61,356 bases of DNA from an uncultured Candidatus Saccharibacteria bacterium (lineage in GTDB: Bacteria; Patescibacteriota; Minisyncoccia; Phycocordibacterales; UBA6899), in the NCBI GenBank assembly GCA_964386905.1, contig CAYLUP010000004.1, forward strand, positions 1 through 61,356. The letters are read 5' to 3'. Numbering within the stretch: the stretch's first letter is position 1; each line of letters begins with the position of its first letter. Below the pieces are notes generated by a model. That model was not told the DNA's origin. It worked only from the letters and a program-made list of their open reading frames with translations, and did no database searches. Made by a program: the position numbers and the translations under genes. Shown here one piece after another: positions 7,972 through 17,975 of the stretch.

Positions 7972-8610
7972 CTACAGATGGATAGACACTGAGAAGTACA
8001 ACACATTCCGCTTGGAATAGTTGTTTCCGTTCACATCCAGCGATCCAGAGAAAGTGGTTTTGAGACCAGCCTCAATGTTCCAAGTGGTAGCCTGACCCAC
8101 AAAACGATGACCAATACCGAAAGAGAGACCAAGACGTTTCCCGTCATACTCTTCTTTCTTGGTAAGACCTCCATGATTGACATCGAGGAGCTCTATGTCA
8201 TATGACAGATCACCAGCGAGATACAGGTGCGAATTAAAAAGGAAAGGGGCAGACATAACACCCCCGCCAAGCGACATCACCTGGTGCTTTGTGGTAGCAG
8301 TATGAATGACTCCATCAGTTGTTTCCAGCTCATGAGTGCCCTTGTGATTTGCATAAGACATCATAAGACGGGCAACAAAAACGCTTTCGCCGATTGGGAT
8401 TTCGTAACCAAAACGAAATCCGACCGCAGGGTCATGCTTTTGCTCATGGAGAGCATTATCGAGACCCTGTGCAAGAGGGCTGTTACCGGCCCGATACGTA
8501 CCGACGGGCACATTGAGGTCGATTCCAAAAAAGATGGAATCGAAGCTTTGCTGAGCGAAGACGGGGTTCGAAATGACCACGAGGAAAAGATACATGAAGA
8601 GCTTGTTCAC
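7972..8610 (-). CDS. Putative outer-membrane beta-barrel protein (OmpA-like, ~8 strands)
   Basis: Signal peptide ending VFA/QQ. Alternating strands (VGFRFGYEI, LGLSFGIGHRF, WNIEAGL, C-terminal VLYFSVSIHL). GTG start with AAGGAGG SD. Confidence 0.65.
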   Translation of the reverse strand: MNKLFMYLFLVVISNPVFAQQSFDSIFFGIDLNVPVGTYRAGNSPLAQGLDNALHEQKHDPAVGFRFGYEIPIGESVFVARLMMSYANHKGTHELETTDGVIHTATTKHQVMSLGGGVMSAPFLFNSHLYLAGDLSYDIELLDVNHGGLTKKEEYDGKRLGLSFGIGHRFVGQATTWNIEAGLKTTFSGSLDVNGNNYSKRNVLYFSVSIHL

Positions 8611-8751
8611 AGGCGCCTCCTTTGGGCTATTGTGGGGAACTTTGCTAGTTCTACCACATATTCTTTACTTTGCAAGCACCTAGACAACACTACAATTTTA
8701 TGCTATGATATGTATAGTAGCCATGCCGGCTGCTCTTTCTGGAGGTGCCAC

Positions 8752-9516
8752 ATGGCCCGAATTTCCAATTTTCTCACTGCTGCTTCGTTTACGATTGCAA
8801 CAACCGTCGTCAATGGACGCCTCTCTATCCTCATGGGTGTGAGTGTCAAAAAACGTCCAGATGGCTCGATCCCTGAACCTCGGTTAAAATGTCCCGGTGG
8901 GTGCGGAGAAGATGTGGACACCGAATGGGCGAACCTGTTCAACACAATTCTCCCGAGTGGAACACAAAAAACCGATGAGGAGCTCATCCTCAGGTTAAGC
9001 CAAATCGGCATCCCAGGTGTCCGGCCCGGTGTCATCTCGAACGACATCGTTGCTGCTGCCGCTGGTCATCGCGAGTTTTTTGCTGAGACAGGGAATGCTC
9101 TTCCTGACATCAGCCAGCTCATTCTCCAAAATCCCCAAGCGACAAATAAAATCGCCCGTGGGACAAAGGAGCAGCGGTGGCAGGTTGCTCTCATTGACCA
9201 CGAGCTGTTTACGCTCAATGCCGAGCGCGCGGAGGCGAGTGAAATGCTTCCGTTCTCGTGGATTTCTCTTGAGGACATCCTCTCGGGATACAGTGGGGGT
9301 ATGAAACTGAATCCCATGCACTGGAGTGCGACAGTGAAGTGTATTGACTTGCTCTACACTGTGCTCAAGGGTGCAAATGTTCCCGGGTGCGACTCGTGCA
9401 TTCCAGCAACCGTGCGGGCGATTGAGGAAGCGCTGGCCTATGGCCTGCGCAACCACAAGACGCTTGCGGGCCTCGCTGCCCGCATCGACTCGGATATCCG
9501 TGACCGAATTATATAG
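8752..9516 (+). CDS. Divergent NUDIX-fold protein with a split Nudix box
   Basis: KCPGG...(long insert)...AAAGHREFFAETG and a downstream FSWISLEDIL. ATG at 8752 with GGAGG SD. Confidence 0.55.
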   Translation: MARISNFLTAASFTIATTVVNGRLSILMGVSVKKRPDGSIPEPRLKCPGGCGEDVDTEWANLFNTILPSGTQKTDEELILRLSQIGIPGVRPGVISNDIVAAAAGHREFFAETGNALPDISQLILQNPQATNKIARGTKEQRWQVALIDHELFTLNAERAEASEMLPFSWISLEDILSGYSGGMKLNPMHWSATVKCIDLLYTVLKGANVPGCDSCIPATVRAIEEALAYGLRNHKTLAGLAARIDSDIRDRII

Positions 9517-9519
9517 TTT

Positions 9520-9545
9520 ACGCCACCCTTCGGGGTGGCGTTTTG
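9520..9545. terminator. Hairpin terminator between convergent genes
   Basis: ACGCCACCC-TTCG-GGGTGGCGT followed by TTT. Confidence 0.75.
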
Positions 9546-10328
9546 TTATATCTTCATATCGAGAGAAATAGGGCAGTGATCTGACCCAAGCACAGTGTTG
9601 TGTATTTCTGCAGCACGCATATGTTTTTCCAGAAAAGCATCCACAAAGATGTAGTCTATCCTCCACCCTACATTTCTGTCGCGTGCTCGTGTTTTCATAT
9701 CCCAATAGGAATACGCATCACGAAGCTCAGGGTGAAAATACCGAAAAGAGTCAATGTACTTCGCAGCAACAACCTCATCAATCCATGCTCGCTCCATTGG
9801 GAGAAAGCCCGTATTTTTCTCATTATCTTTTGGACGTGCAAGATCGATTGCTGTGTGTGCAGTATTCACGTCACCCATAAAGATGACCTTTTTCCCTTTT
9901 GTCCGATACGTCTGAATATGTTTCAAAAATGTCTTATAGAAATCCATCTTATAGGACAACCTCTCTTCTCCGCCACCACCATTAGGAAAATAGCAGTTAA
10001 TCACCACAATGTCCTTGAAGTGCGCTGCGATATACCTCCCTTCATCATCAAAACGTGGGGTTCCCATGCCGTACTCTACGGTATCCGGCTTTTCCTTACA
10101 AAAAAGGCCAACTCCGGAATATCCTTTCTTCGTTTGTGATGATGCAAAATAGGCATGCCATTCTTCTCCTCGCACAAAAGGTTTCACGACATCTACTGGG
10201 AGCTGGTCTACGTCTGCCTTAATCTCTTGCACACCAACAACATCAGCGTCTTGCGTGTTTAGCCATTCCAAGAATCCTTTTTTCACTGCCGCGCGAAGTC
10301 CGTTTACATTCCATGATATGAGTTTCAT
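9546..10328 (-). CDS. xth: Exodeoxyribonuclease III
   Basis: MKLISWNVNGLRA, QEIKA, GDVNTAH, GWRIDYIFV and SDHCP motifs. Start trimmed to 10328. Confidence 0.96.
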   Translation of the reverse strand: MKLISWNVNGLRAAVKKGFLEWLNTQDADVVGVQEIKADVDQLPVDVVKPFVRGEEWHAYFASSQTKKGYSGVGLFCKEKPDTVEYGMGTPRFDDEGRYIAAHFKDIVVINCYFPNGGGGEERLSYKMDFYKTFLKHIQTYRTKGKKVIFMGDVNTAHTAIDLARPKDNEKNTGFLPMERAWIDEVVAAKYIDSFRYFHPELRDAYSYWDMKTRARDRNVGWRIDYIFVDAFLEKHMRAAEIHNTVLGSDHCPISLDMKI

Positions 10329-10597
10329 GGAACCAGTATAACAAGATGGGAGAATGGGGTATAGGGGATAGAAGAAAACCACAATATTATCCTGCATACA
10401 GCCCAATAACGTGCCAACAAGAGACGCGGCATATAAATAGAAACACACTGCCCCCTAGCAAAAACACACTCACAATAATGAGTGTGTTTCACTGTAGTTG
10501 TATGGTGAAACGGAGAAGAGATGCTTGGTTAAAGGGGATAGGGTATGGGGTATGGAAAATACACGATACCGAATCCTTTTATCCCATACCCCATAAG

Positions 10598-11545
10598 CTA
10601 CACCCCACCTCCTCTTCTCTTTCCGTGAAACTGTTTATGGATCTCCTGTAATTTCTTATCTGTCACGTGTGTATATATTTGTGTGGTCACAATACTCGAG
10701 TGGCCAAGCATTGCCTGCACAGAACGAATATCTGCACCATTTTCCAAGAGGTCTGTTGCAAAGGAGTGACGTAAGACGTGCGGGGTGACCTTTTTCGTGA
10801 TTCCTGATAGCACCGCATAATGCTTCACAATACGCTCAACTGATCGTGTTGTGATGCGCAATGATTCAGAGCGCTTTGCGAGGTTTTTCTCACCTCCGCG
10901 ACCGATAGAAATAAAGAGTGCTGGATCGACATCTGTCCTTTTTGCAAGATAGTCCTTGATGGACTCTTTTGCATCATCAGACAAAAAGACAACACGGACT
11001 TTTTCGCCTTTTCCGCGAACCGAGAAAAAGTCGCGAGAAAGATCAATATCCCTATCGAGGGACACGAGTTCAGAGACACGCAATCCGGTAGAAAAGAACA
11101 ACTCAAGCATTGCACGATCACGCAAACTTGCGAGATCATCACCCTTTGGGGCACGTAAGAGATTCTGCAGGTCTGTCGTCCCAATCAAATCCAATTCGCG
11201 CTGAGGAACTTTTGCAAGCTCGATTTGCTCTGGCGGCAGACTCCGTACTCCTTGGCGTACAAGGTATTTTAGGAATGCACGTAGTGCAATAAGATAATAA
11301 TTCTGCGTCCTGCGCTTCATGGGAGAGGGGACAACGCCGCGTTTTCCCTGACCGACAACACGACGATTCAACCACATGCGAAATTCACGAACCATATCGC
11401 TCGTAATATCTTCCGGCGCAGACACTTTTGTTTGCTCAACAAACGTCAACAAATAGTGTTCGTAGTTCCGGACCGTATTCAAACTCCGCCCGCGTTCAAT
11501 TTCGGTGTATTCAAGAAATCTTCGGATCCAGTCAGTCATCTTCAT
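10598..11545 (-). CDS. xerC: Tyrosine recombinase XerC/XerD-like
   Basis: RDRAMLELFFSTGLRVSEL, VRGKGEKVR, TPHVLRHSFATDLL and LGHSSIVTTQIYTH. Start trimmed to 11545. XerC versus XerD cannot be resolved. Confidence 0.88.
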   Translation of the reverse strand: MKMTDWIRRFLEYTEIERGRSLNTVRNYEHYLLTFVEQTKVSAPEDITSDMVREFRMWLNRRVVGQGKRGVVPSPMKRRTQNYYLIALRAFLKYLVRQGVRSLPPEQIELAKVPQRELDLIGTTDLQNLLRAPKGDDLASLRDRAMLELFFSTGLRVSELVSLDRDIDLSRDFFSVRGKGEKVRVVFLSDDAKESIKDYLAKRTDVDPALFISIGRGGEKNLAKRSESLRITTRSVERIVKHYAVLSGITKKVTPHVLRHSFATDLLENGADIRSVQAMLGHSSIVTTQIYTHVTDKKLQEIHKQFHGKRRGGGV

Positions 11546-11612
11546 TCCTTGATTATAACAGACGTGTATCACCTGTGGACACAAAACAATAATCTCATGA
11601 TAAAATAAGAAT

Positions 11613-11903
11613 ATGAACTTTCGACCTGAAGGAAACCTACAAGAAGAAATCCTGTCACCAACAGATACACAAATTGCATGGGAGGGCTCTTCTCTCACTA
11701 ATGAGGACTTGCCTCCAATACCTAATGGAATAGAAACGAAGAATGGTATTTTCATCGACGATGGTTTTGGAGACTCCGAGCCCTCTGAGCAAGATTTTCG
11801 ATCTATTGCTGAAGTAAGAGCAGATCTTCTTGCGCGAGGAATCAATCCTGATCAATTCAATTTTGACTTTATCGACGAGTCATTACAAGGATATAGTGAA
11901 TAG
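11613..11903 (+). CDS. Small acidic hypothetical protein
   Basis: 96-aa ORF divergent from xerC. Confidence 0.6.
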   Translation: MNFRPEGNLQEEILSPTDTQIAWEGSSLTNEDLPPIPNGIETKNGIFIDDGFGDSEPSEQDFRSIAEVRADLLARGINPDQFNFDFIDESLQGYSE

Positions 11904-11906
11904 ACT

Positions 11907-12164
11907 ATGGTAGACACACAACAACCAATCAAATTCAATTTCAGTCAGGCAGTTCATGTGCACAATACTCCCAAAGTTGCCCCACATCCGCATACTGGAC
12001 CCCTCACCATTGATGACATTAACGCGGAAATTGCCGGGATGGGAATTGAGTTTATTCCACACAAAGAAATTCGCGATCCACTACTTGATTCCTTTCTTGA
12101 GACAAAGCCTGAGACATCTCAACAACCACAAAATATACCACCAAGCCCTACAGATTTTACGTAG
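11907..12164 (+). CDS. Small hypothetical protein
   Basis: 85-aa ORF, 3 bp after the previous ORF. Confidence 0.55.
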   Translation: MVDTQQPIKFNFSQAVHVHNTPKVAPHPHTGPLTIDDINAEIAGMGIEFIPHKEIRDPLLDSFLETKPETSQQPQNIPPSPTDFT

Positions 12165-12209
12165 GGCTTTCCCCTTGCAAAATTCTAAAAATGTGCTATA
12201 CTCCTTGTC

Positions 12210-12470
12210 ATGTTAACCGCAAAAAAGAAGCAGGTCATCATCGCAAAGACCCAGCGCCATGGTACCGATACTGGCTCACCAGAAGTGCAGGTATCTATAC
12301 TTTCACAGCGCATCAATGAACTCGCAAACCACCTCAAGGAGAATAAGAAGGACAACCACTCACGCCGTGGACTCCTCAAGATGGTTGCAGATCGCCGTGC
12401 TCATCTCAAATACCTCAAGAAGAAGGATGAGAAGGCATACAATGCACTCATGAAGCAAATTGGCCTATAA
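12210..12470 (+). CDS. rpsO: 30S ribosomal protein S15
   Basis: DTGSPEVQVSIL...HLKENKKDNHSRRGLLKMV. Confidence 0.98.
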   Translation: MLTAKKKQVIIAKTQRHGTDTGSPEVQVSILSQRINELANHLKENKKDNHSRRGLLKMVADRRAHLKYLKKKDEKAYNALMKQIGL

Positions 12471-12553
12471 AAAGAAAATTATCGACATTCGTGTCGGTAA
12501 TTTTTTTTCTTGACCCCATCAAAGAAAGTGCTAGGCTCAAGAGGGAGGCCATC

Positions 12554-13282
12554 ATGAAAGCATCACGACATCTTCTCATGATTGCGATTTTGCTTTTTGC
12601 TCTTTCACTCTTGTTTGGACACGCCGGGTACATCCATGCAGCGCAAACAACACGCACTGTTCTCGGGGTTGGCGTTATTCTTTGGATTGCCTTTCTTGCA
12701 ATCTGTTACGACCAACAACATCTTAACCATGCAAAACAAGTGACTTGTGAGATTCTATTTGCAGAACAGCAGCGAAAGCTCGACGATGCGGTTGAACTCA
12801 TCAGCCTCTCTCGTGCACGGTATCGACAGCCCCTCTTTGTCCCCATGGAATATCAACTTGTGTTTCAAACACTTATTTCTACACTTGAGGACACTCGACG
12901 GCTGGGAGACACACTCTCGCTTGCAATCTTACGAGCTCACCATCTCAAGATTGCTCACGATATGCTCTCACGGCAAGATTGTCATATTCAGAAACTCTAT
13001 CTTTCAGAAAGACACAGAGAATACACACTTTTCCCGCATCGCATCCTTCTTCGTCTTATTCGCATGAGAAAAGAAATTGTACTCTTTGATGCACGCTTCT
13101 TGATCCCAGAGCTCAAAAAAATTTATGTTTTTCTCAGGAAAAGACATAACCCTCTTCTCCTAATGGAAGAATACGGTGAACAATGGGAGCTACATTTCGT
13201 GAGTGAGGTAGAAAAAATCTATTGCACGATCGAAGCCACACTTCACGCGCACAAAGCACCACAACTTTACCGCCCGAAATAG
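12554..13282 (+). CDS. Hypothetical membrane protein (two N-terminal hydrophobic segments)
   Basis: ATG at 12554 with GGGAGG SD; lies between rpsO and pnp. Confidence 0.65.
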   Translation: MKASRHLLMIAILLFALSLLFGHAGYIHAAQTTRTVLGVGVILWIAFLAICYDQQHLNHAKQVTCEILFAEQQRKLDDAVELISLSRARYRQPLFVPMEYQLVFQTLISTLEDTRRLGDTLSLAILRAHHLKIAHDMLSRQDCHIQKLYLSERHREYTLFPHRILLRLIRMRKEIVLFDARFLIPELKKIYVFLRKRHNPLLLMEEYGEQWELHFVSEVEKIYCTIEATLHAHKAPQLYRPK

Positions 13283-13409
13283 GGCGGTTTTTGTTGTCTT
13301 TCACTGAGGTGATATACTGGATATATTATTCGAATAGTCCCGTGTCATTATCGCACCGAATACCATACGGACCTTTCGTTGCGCAATATGGCACAGGAAC
13401 AGTAATCAT

Positions 13410-15578
13410 ATGCAACACAAAACATATAGTATTGAGTTTGCTGGGCGCACGCTCAGCGCAGAGTTTACCGATCTTGCAGAAAATGCACATGGATCAGTCA
13501 TTCTTCGATATGACAATTCTGCCGTACTCCTCACATGCGTGATGGGGAAGAAGGAGAGAGAGGGGGGAGATTTTTTTCCACTCACCGTTGATTACGAAGA
13601 ACGCTTCTATGCCGCCGGGCAAATCCTTGGCAGTCAGTTTCTTCGTCGCGAGGGGCGACCATCAGATGAGGCAATCCTTTCAGGACGTATTATCGACCGC
13701 ACCATTCGTCCGCTATTTGACCAGCGCATGCGTCATGAAGTCCAGGTTGTTGCGACCGTTCTTGCGATTGACACATTTGAACCAGATATTCTTGCAGTGA
13801 ATGCAGCATCTCTCGCATTGTCTGTGTCAGAAATTCCATGGAATGGCCCAGTCGGAGCAATTCGCATTGCACAAAAAGCAAAACAGTGGATACTCATGCC
13901 GCCATTTCGTACTCAGAATGAAGAGGATATTGAGTATGATGCTATTCTCACGCTCTGTGGTAAATCTGGAAATATCAACATGATCGAGATGGAAGGGAGG
14001 GAGCTTCAAGAATCAGAAATTATGGAGGCACTCGAAATTGCAACACAAGAAATTTCAAAACTCGAAGCATTCCAAAAACAGATTGTCAGCGAAATTGGGC
14101 AAGCAAAAAGAGAAATTGTGTTTCCTGAAATTCCATCTGAAATGCGTGAGCTTTTTGAAGCGCACATTCGCCCACAATTTGATGCAACAATTTTTGCAAA
14201 CGAACCAGGGAGAAAAAAGGAATACGCCCTCATGGAAGAATGGCTTGCTCTCGTGAATACGCAAGAGGGTATGAACAAAAATCTTGCCGCGCATTTCTTC
14301 GATGAAGAAGTAAATATTCTCCTCCACCGAAAAGCGCTTGACGCAGGAGTGCGTCCTGATGGGCGAGATTTTGATACAGTGCGCCCTCTCTTTGCACAAG
14401 CAGGAGGTATCTCTGCAGTTCACCATGGAACAGGAGTGTTTTACCGCGGAGGAACACACATTCTCTCTGTTCTGACGTTGGGTGGTCCAAATGATGCGCA
14501 GCTCATTGAGGGCATGGAAGTGCAAGGCAAAAAGCGCTATATGCACCACTACAACTTTCCTCCATATTCATCTGGTGAAATTGGTCGCATTGGTGTTACA
14601 AACCGCCGCGCCGTCGGACATGGTGCACTTGCAGAAAAAGCATTACTCCCCGTTCTTCCACCGCAAGAAACGTTTCCATACACTATTCGCATCGTTTCTG
14701 AAGCATTCGCATCAAATGGCTCAACATCAATGGGTTCTGTCTGCGGCTCAACACTTGCACTGATGGATGCGGGTGTTCCTATCACAAAACCCGTTGCAGG
14801 TATCGCATCTGGACTCATGATGGATTCAGACACATCGTACAAAGTCCTCACAGACATCCAAGGCCCAGAAGATCATCACGGTGACATGGATTTCAAAGTC
14901 GCAGGAACACGAGATGGTGTCACTGCAATTCAGATGGATGTGAAAGTAGAAGGCATTCCTCTCCACATCCTCAAAGAAGCGTTCGAGAAGGCAAAATTGG
15001 CACGGCTTCACATTCTCAGTGTTATGCAAGCAGCAATTGCAGAACCGAGAAAAGATATCAACGTGCGTGCGCCAAAAATCCTGACGCTCAAAATTAAGCC
15101 TGAGCAAATCGGCGGCGTCATCGGCGCTGGAGGGAAAATCGTCAAAGAGATTCGTGACAAGACGGGTGCGGAAATTGACATTGAAGACGATGGAACAATC
15201 TATATCACCGGAAAATATGGTTCGGCAGAAAAAGCATACGAGTGGATTCATGACATCACAAAAGAATGGGTGCGAGGAATGCACGCACAGGGTGAAATCC
15301 TTCGTATTACCGACTTTGGAGCATTCGTCAAACTCGGACGAGCAGCAGAAGGTATGGTCCACGTATCAGAGATTGCACCATGGAGAGTCGCACGACCAGC
15401 AGATCTTCTCACTGTTGGAGAAATCGTTCCTGTTGTTGTGCTTGAGACAGACCCAGAAAGAGGGCGCATCGCTCTGTCCATTAAACAGTGCGATCCAAAG
15501 CGCTACGAAGAGAAACGCCCAAAAGAAACACCTCGACCAACACCACCACAGGCGGCAGCACAACCAGAAACAAAATAA
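13410..15578 (+). CDS. pnp: Polyribonucleotide nucleotidyltransferase
   Basis: FFPLTVDYEER, RPDGR, HHYNFPPYS, SNGSTSMGSVC and GDMDFKVAGT, followed by KH and S1 domains. Confidence 0.98.
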   Translation: MQHKTYSIEFAGRTLSAEFTDLAENAHGSVILRYDNSAVLLTCVMGKKEREGGDFFPLTVDYEERFYAAGQILGSQFLRREGRPSDEAILSGRIIDRTIRPLFDQRMRHEVQVVATVLAIDTFEPDILAVNAASLALSVSEIPWNGPVGAIRIAQKAKQWILMPPFRTQNEEDIEYDAILTLCGKSGNINMIEMEGRELQESEIMEALEIATQEISKLEAFQKQIVSEIGQAKREIVFPEIPSEMRELFEAHIRPQFDATIFANEPGRKKEYALMEEWLALVNTQEGMNKNLAAHFFDEEVNILLHRKALDAGVRPDGRDFDTVRPLFAQAGGISAVHHGTGVFYRGGTHILSVLTLGGPNDAQLIEGMEVQGKKRYMHHYNFPPYSSGEIGRIGVTNRRAVGHGALAEKALLPVLPPQETFPYTIRIVSEAFASNGSTSMGSVCGSTLALMDAGVPITKPVAGIASGLMMDSDTSYKVLTDIQGPEDHHGDMDFKVAGTRDGVTAIQMDVKVEGIPLHILKEAFEKAKLARLHILSVMQAAIAEPRKDINVRAPKILTLKIKPEQIGGVIGAGGKIVKEIRDKTGAEIDIEDDGTIYITGKYGSAEKAYEWIHDITKEWVRGMHAQGEILRITDFGAFVKLGRAAEGMVHVSEIAPWRVARPADLLTVGEIVPVVVLETDPERGRIALSIKQCDPKRYEEKRPKETPRPTPPQAAAQPETK

Positions 15579-15639
15579 CACACACTGTGTGTTATTTTTA
15601 TTGACGCGTAAAAAAAGCTCATACATAATAGAGAGACAC

Positions 15640-16377
15640 ATGCATTTCGAGAAAACACAAATTCACAAATTTTTTCGAGTCGCTTTTTTTATTTTTGCCT
15701 TCACTCTCGGCATTGGCCTCTATGCATTATTCGAAGCACCGATTATGCACCTCTCGGATTCTCCGCTCTTGCAACGAACATCATCTCTCATGCATGCAGC
15801 ATCGCTCCATATGTTCTCTCACACCCCCTCTGCCAAACAACACACTCTTGAGCTCATAAAAAACAAAGATGATGTTTTTTATGCACTCAAGAACTTGCTT
15901 ATCGAAAAAGCACTTGCCCCAGAAGAAAAAGTTGCGATAAAACTCACCCAACACACCACCCACACTTCTCCATCCTTGTTTTTCCACTATCTTTATGGAC
16001 ACCCCGTTCCCTTTGCGGATCGCTATATGTCGGAAATGGAATACTATGTGACTCGAAAAGGAACAGAGCACTCTGGCTTACTCTTGTTTTCTCTCACAGA
16101 CTCCGAACACGTCCTTGCAGGGATACTCACAAGTGAATCGCGCTTCCTCTCAGAGATCCTTCCGTTTATTCGACCGCTTTCATCTGTACGTGAGCGAAAT
16201 ACACTTATTGCTCTTGCTCCATACACGATTCGTGTCGAAAACACAGACGTTCGTGTCTTAGGAGAAGAAATGGATCCATCTCTACTCTGGGGGATAGTAG
16301 GCAACTCTCTTGTTATTACAGGAGATATGGAGACGTATAGAGAAGCACAAAGCATTCTCGAACACACTCAGAACTAG
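15640..16377 (+). CDS. Hypothetical membrane-anchored protein
   Basis: N-terminal TM segment (VAFFIFAFTLGIGLYALF). Start trimmed to avoid overlap with pnp. Confidence 0.7.
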   Translation: MHFEKTQIHKFFRVAFFIFAFTLGIGLYALFEAPIMHLSDSPLLQRTSSLMHAASLHMFSHTPSAKQHTLELIKNKDDVFYALKNLLIEKALAPEEKVAIKLTQHTTHTSPSLFFHYLYGHPVPFADRYMSEMEYYVTRKGTEHSGLLLFSLTDSEHVLAGILTSESRFLSEILPFIRPLSSVRERNTLIALAPYTIRVENTDVRVLGEEMDPSLLWGIVGNSLVITGDMETYREAQSILEHTQN

Positions 16378-16416
16378 GGTGTGTTTTAGTATACTTTTTT
16401 ATAGTATACTAAAACC

Positions 16417-17946
16417 ATGCCTTTCTCACGAACTCATGCATTTCAAGCAGGTGTGCACAGAGCGCAACCAATTACTATTGATGTCGACAACCATCGGGCC
16501 GAGGCGAACATCCAAATCATTGGATTGGGGGATAAAGCAATTATTGAATCAAAAGAGCGTGTGCGTGCAGCACTTCGCAATTTGCGATCTATTGCAGTAG
16601 AACAACGCATTGGGCAAGTAATGATCTCTCTTGCTCCTGCTGATGTTCCAAAACATGGCCCATCGTTCGATCTTCCAATTGCCGTTGGCGTATTGAAGAG
16701 CATTGGTCTACTAAAGGAGCCTTCTCAATCACGTTGTGCATATGCCGGAGAGCTTGCGCTCGATGGAAGCGTACGGCCGATACGAGGCATGTTGTCGATT
16801 GCGCAGGCAGCAAAGGCAACGGGGGTGCAACATCTCTTTGTCCCACATGAAAATGCAGAAGAAGCAGCTCTTGTTCATGGGATAGAGATCTTCCCCGTCC
16901 ACACACTCGAAGATATTCTCCTCCATTTCCAATCGATTCTTACTGGAGGCCTTGGGGCGATTCCTGTACAAACAAAAACATTCTACACTCCACTCGAGCC
17001 AACAGGAGAACAATACTTTTCTATCGTTGGACAAGAACGTGCCAAACGAGGCCTATGTATTGCCGCAGCAGGAGGACACAACATTGCGTTCTTCGGACCC
17101 CCCGGTACAGGAAAAACGATGCTCGCGCGTGCTTTTGCAGAATTACTTCCCCCGCTTTCTGAAGAGGAGATGCTATCCACAACAAGTATTCATTCGCTCG
17201 CAGGGACACTTCATGAATCTACCCTCCACCATCCTCCATTTCGCGCCCCACATCACACATCATCAACAGCAGCACTCATTGGCGGAGGCCAACAGATGCG
17301 ACCAGGAGAAATCGCACTTGCTCACCACGGCGTACTGTTTCTTGATGAATTTCCAGAATTCTCTTCCCAGATTATTGAGGCACTCAGAGAACCACTCGAA
17401 GACGGAGTTGTGCGCATCTCACGTGCCAAGGGAAGCGTTGAATATCCTTCTCGTTTTGTACTGATTGCCGCTATGAATCCTTGTCCGTGTGGATTCTTCG
17501 GAGATGACAAACGCCCGTGCACATGCACACAACAACGTATTGATGCGTATAAGAAAAAAATATCTGGACCGATTATCGATCGCATTGATATGTGGATACC
17601 CGTTCTTCGCGTATCTCATGAGGCACTTTTTCAAACACACAACGAAAGCGCAGAGTCATTTCGTGCGATCCGCACGACCATTGCGAACGCACGAACATTT
17701 GCAGAACATCGACAAGGTAAAGGGAAAAGGAATGCCTGGATTCCTGCACACCAGGTACACATATTCTGCAAACTTTCTCCTGCACTTCAGGCAGAATGTG
17801 TTGCGTTTGGGGAGAAACTCCATCTTTCAGGACGAGCAATTCATCGCACACTTCGGCTTGCACGTACAATTGCAGACCTCGCACATTCACAAGACATTAC
17901 CAGAGAACACCTCCTTGAAGCGCTTGCATATCGAAGAAAAACATAA
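16417..17946 (+). CDS. comM: YifB/ComM Mg-chelatase-like AAA+ ATPase
   Basis: KESKERVRAAL, PKHGPSFDLPIA, GPPGTGKTMLA, PFRAPHHT, LFLDEFPEF, AAMNPCPCG and ISGPIIDRID. Confidence 0.93.
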   Translation: MPFSRTHAFQAGVHRAQPITIDVDNHRAEANIQIIGLGDKAIIESKERVRAALRNLRSIAVEQRIGQVMISLAPADVPKHGPSFDLPIAVGVLKSIGLLKEPSQSRCAYAGELALDGSVRPIRGMLSIAQAAKATGVQHLFVPHENAEEAALVHGIEIFPVHTLEDILLHFQSILTGGLGAIPVQTKTFYTPLEPTGEQYFSIVGQERAKRGLCIAAAGGHNIAFFGPPGTGKTMLARAFAELLPPLSEEEMLSTTSIHSLAGTLHESTLHHPPFRAPHHTSSTAALIGGGQQMRPGEIALAHHGVLFLDEFPEFSSQIIEALREPLEDGVVRISRAKGSVEYPSRFVLIAAMNPCPCGFFGDDKRPCTCTQQRIDAYKKKISGPIIDRIDMWIPVLRVSHEALFQTHNESAESFRAIRTTIANARTFAEHRQGKGKRNAWIPAHQVHIFCKLSPALQAECVAFGEKLHLSGRAIHRTLRLARTIADLAHSQDITREHLLEALAYRRKT

Positions 17947-17975
17947 ACAAAAAAACAGCCAATGCTGTTTTTTGT

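Noticed and set aside
8227-8751. N-terminal 175 aa of ORF 8227-9516
   Set aside because: Antisense to the beta-barrel gene; an SD-led ATG at 8752 is a better start.
10598-11545. Prophage/ICE integrase that mobilises the tRNA cassettes
   Set aside because: It looks like a housekeeping Xer recombinase, is not adjacent to a tRNA, and has no phage or ICE genes nearby. An in-trans role cannot be excluded but is unsupported.
15154-15639. N-terminal extension of ORF 15154-16377, and other long shadow ORFs (e.g. 8995-9705, 7037-7576, 49695-50252)
   Set aside because: They overlap well-supported genes in other frames or strands and have no motifs.
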